A stretch of 64,000 nucleotides of DNA from Phoronis australis (Eukaryota > Animalia > Phoronida). This document shows positions 62,701-64,000 of the stretch, in pieces. A program made the translations under genes and the position numbers. Where the stretch lies: contig NMRA01000172.1 in assembly GCA_002633005.1 (NCBI GenBank), positions 617,871 to 681,870 of the forward strand. The letters run 5' to 3'. The stretch's first letter is position 1, and each line of letters opens with the position of its first letter. The notes beneath the pieces are model-generated. The model worked only from the letters and a program-made list of their open reading frames with translations, made no database searches and was not told where the DNA came from.

Positions 62701-64000
62701 AATTTATGATATTATGAAGTATACAGACAAACACAACATTCCAGGACTACTTGAGTTGTTAGATTTTGAGAAGGCTTTTGATATTGTTTCCTGGGACTTT
62801 ATATTCAAAGTCCTGAATAATTTCAATTTCAAAGCCAATATCATTCGATATATAAGAGCTTTTTATAATAAACCAATTGCCCGTGTTATACAAAATTGAT
62901 TTCTGTCAGACAACTTCATACTAGAACGCGGATGTCGACAAGGTGATCCTCTCTCCCCTTATATTTGTATTTTGTGTGCTGAAATTTTGCCCATATTGAT
63001 TAAACATGATCCTGACGTGAAAGGTATTAAAATCGGCGACGAAGACTTCGTTATAACACAATACGCAGATGACACAACTTTCACGTTAGACGGAACTCCA
63101 AGATCCCTGGCAGCACTTATGAACAACCTAGAGTTCTATGCAGGGATGTCGGGGCTGAAGATAAACTATTCTAAGACAAAAGTAGTGTTTATTGGAAGTA
63201 GAAAATTCTCTCAAGAAGTGTTTCACCGCACGCGTTGGAAACTAAAATGGGGTGACGTTGATTTTAAGCTTCTGGGTATTAATTTCAGCGTGAACTTGGA
63301 TACCATGTCCAAACATAACTTTGATGCAAAAATAATGGACATGAAGAGTTTGATTAATATATGGTCTCGTAGAAAGCTGACTATCTTTGGAAAGGTCACA
63401 TTATTAAAAACACTTGTGCTTCCAAAAATTATACATCTACTAATGCTGCTCCCAATGATACTACTTTTGAGGATATTGAAACTTTGTTTTTTAAATTCAT
63501 TTGGGACGGAAACCTGATAAAATAAAAAGAGGAGTACTCATTAAATCCATAGAAGAGGGTGGATTAATGATGATTGATGTCAAAAAATTTAATATATCTT
63601 TAAAAATTTCATGGATTAGAAGATTCTTTTTAACAACATCCCCATGAACTTATGTGTTGCAAAAAGATATCGGGCTTACTAGAGATGGAATGTTGAACTA
63701 TGGAGACTATAGATTAACTAGATCGGATAATTGTAACTCTTTTTGAGCAGAACGCTTCCAGTATTGGAGCCTTTTAATTCACAAACAAACTATTTCAGGT
63801 CACGAAGATGCGGTGTCAATTAATGTATGGGCCAACAGTAGTATAATGGTGGAATACAGCCCTTGTATTTATGAGTCATTCGTTGAAAAAGGTATAATAC
63901 ATGTGGTGTGAACGATTTTTAGACTGGAATGGTAACTTCTACACCTTTGAAAGTTTCCAGACGATTCATCAGATTAATGTCAACTTTCTCAAATATTATT
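59789..64000 (+). mobile_element. L1/Tx1-clade LINE, ORF1 plus disrupted ORF2 (APE endonuclease, RT); continues beyond the window
   Basis: ORF1 has DDSDQYSRRNCLIIQGVEE, DRTHRLG, RPIIAKF and IYINENLT. ORF2 has MEIKILSLNCQGL, ARLDFFL, SDHS, GLWKFNNSLL, LLDFEKAFD, RGCRQGDPLSP and TQYADD. There are multiple frameshifts and stops, and a deletion near 62470. Confidence 0.93.

Overview
AT-rich, repeat-dense animal genomic DNA. It is probably from a marine lophotrochozoan such as a mollusc, inferred from the transposable element (TE) repertoire and the GPCR family. There are two intact host genes: inverted, divergently oriented paralogues encoding secretin/adhesion-class (Methuselah-like) 7TM receptors with a somatomedin-B-like Cys-rich ectodomain. 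Gene A is at 2415..<1 on the minus strand; the ORF track missed it because its stop lies outside the window. Gene B is at 55620..58250 on the plus strand. The ~53 kb between them and the right flank hold decayed TEs: CR1/L2-like, RTE-X-like and L1/Tx1 LINEs, a DIRS/Ngaro tyrosine-recombinase element, a pogo DDE transposase, Kolobok-like THAP elements, a SWIM-YqaJ ORF, an Academ-like fragment, a Crypton-like hairpin element, several MITEs, a dimeric satellite and microsatellites. The most notable observations are (i) an apparent gene-conversion tract across TM1-TM4 of the two receptors, (ii) a decayed, spliced, convergent two-gene DNA-transposon-like unit with SAP and PHD domains, (iii) a strong excess of TACATGTA that behaves like a Tc1/mariner excision footprint, and (iv) a template-switch rearrangement inside the hairpin element. 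All family calls come from reading motifs by eye; no database searches were run.
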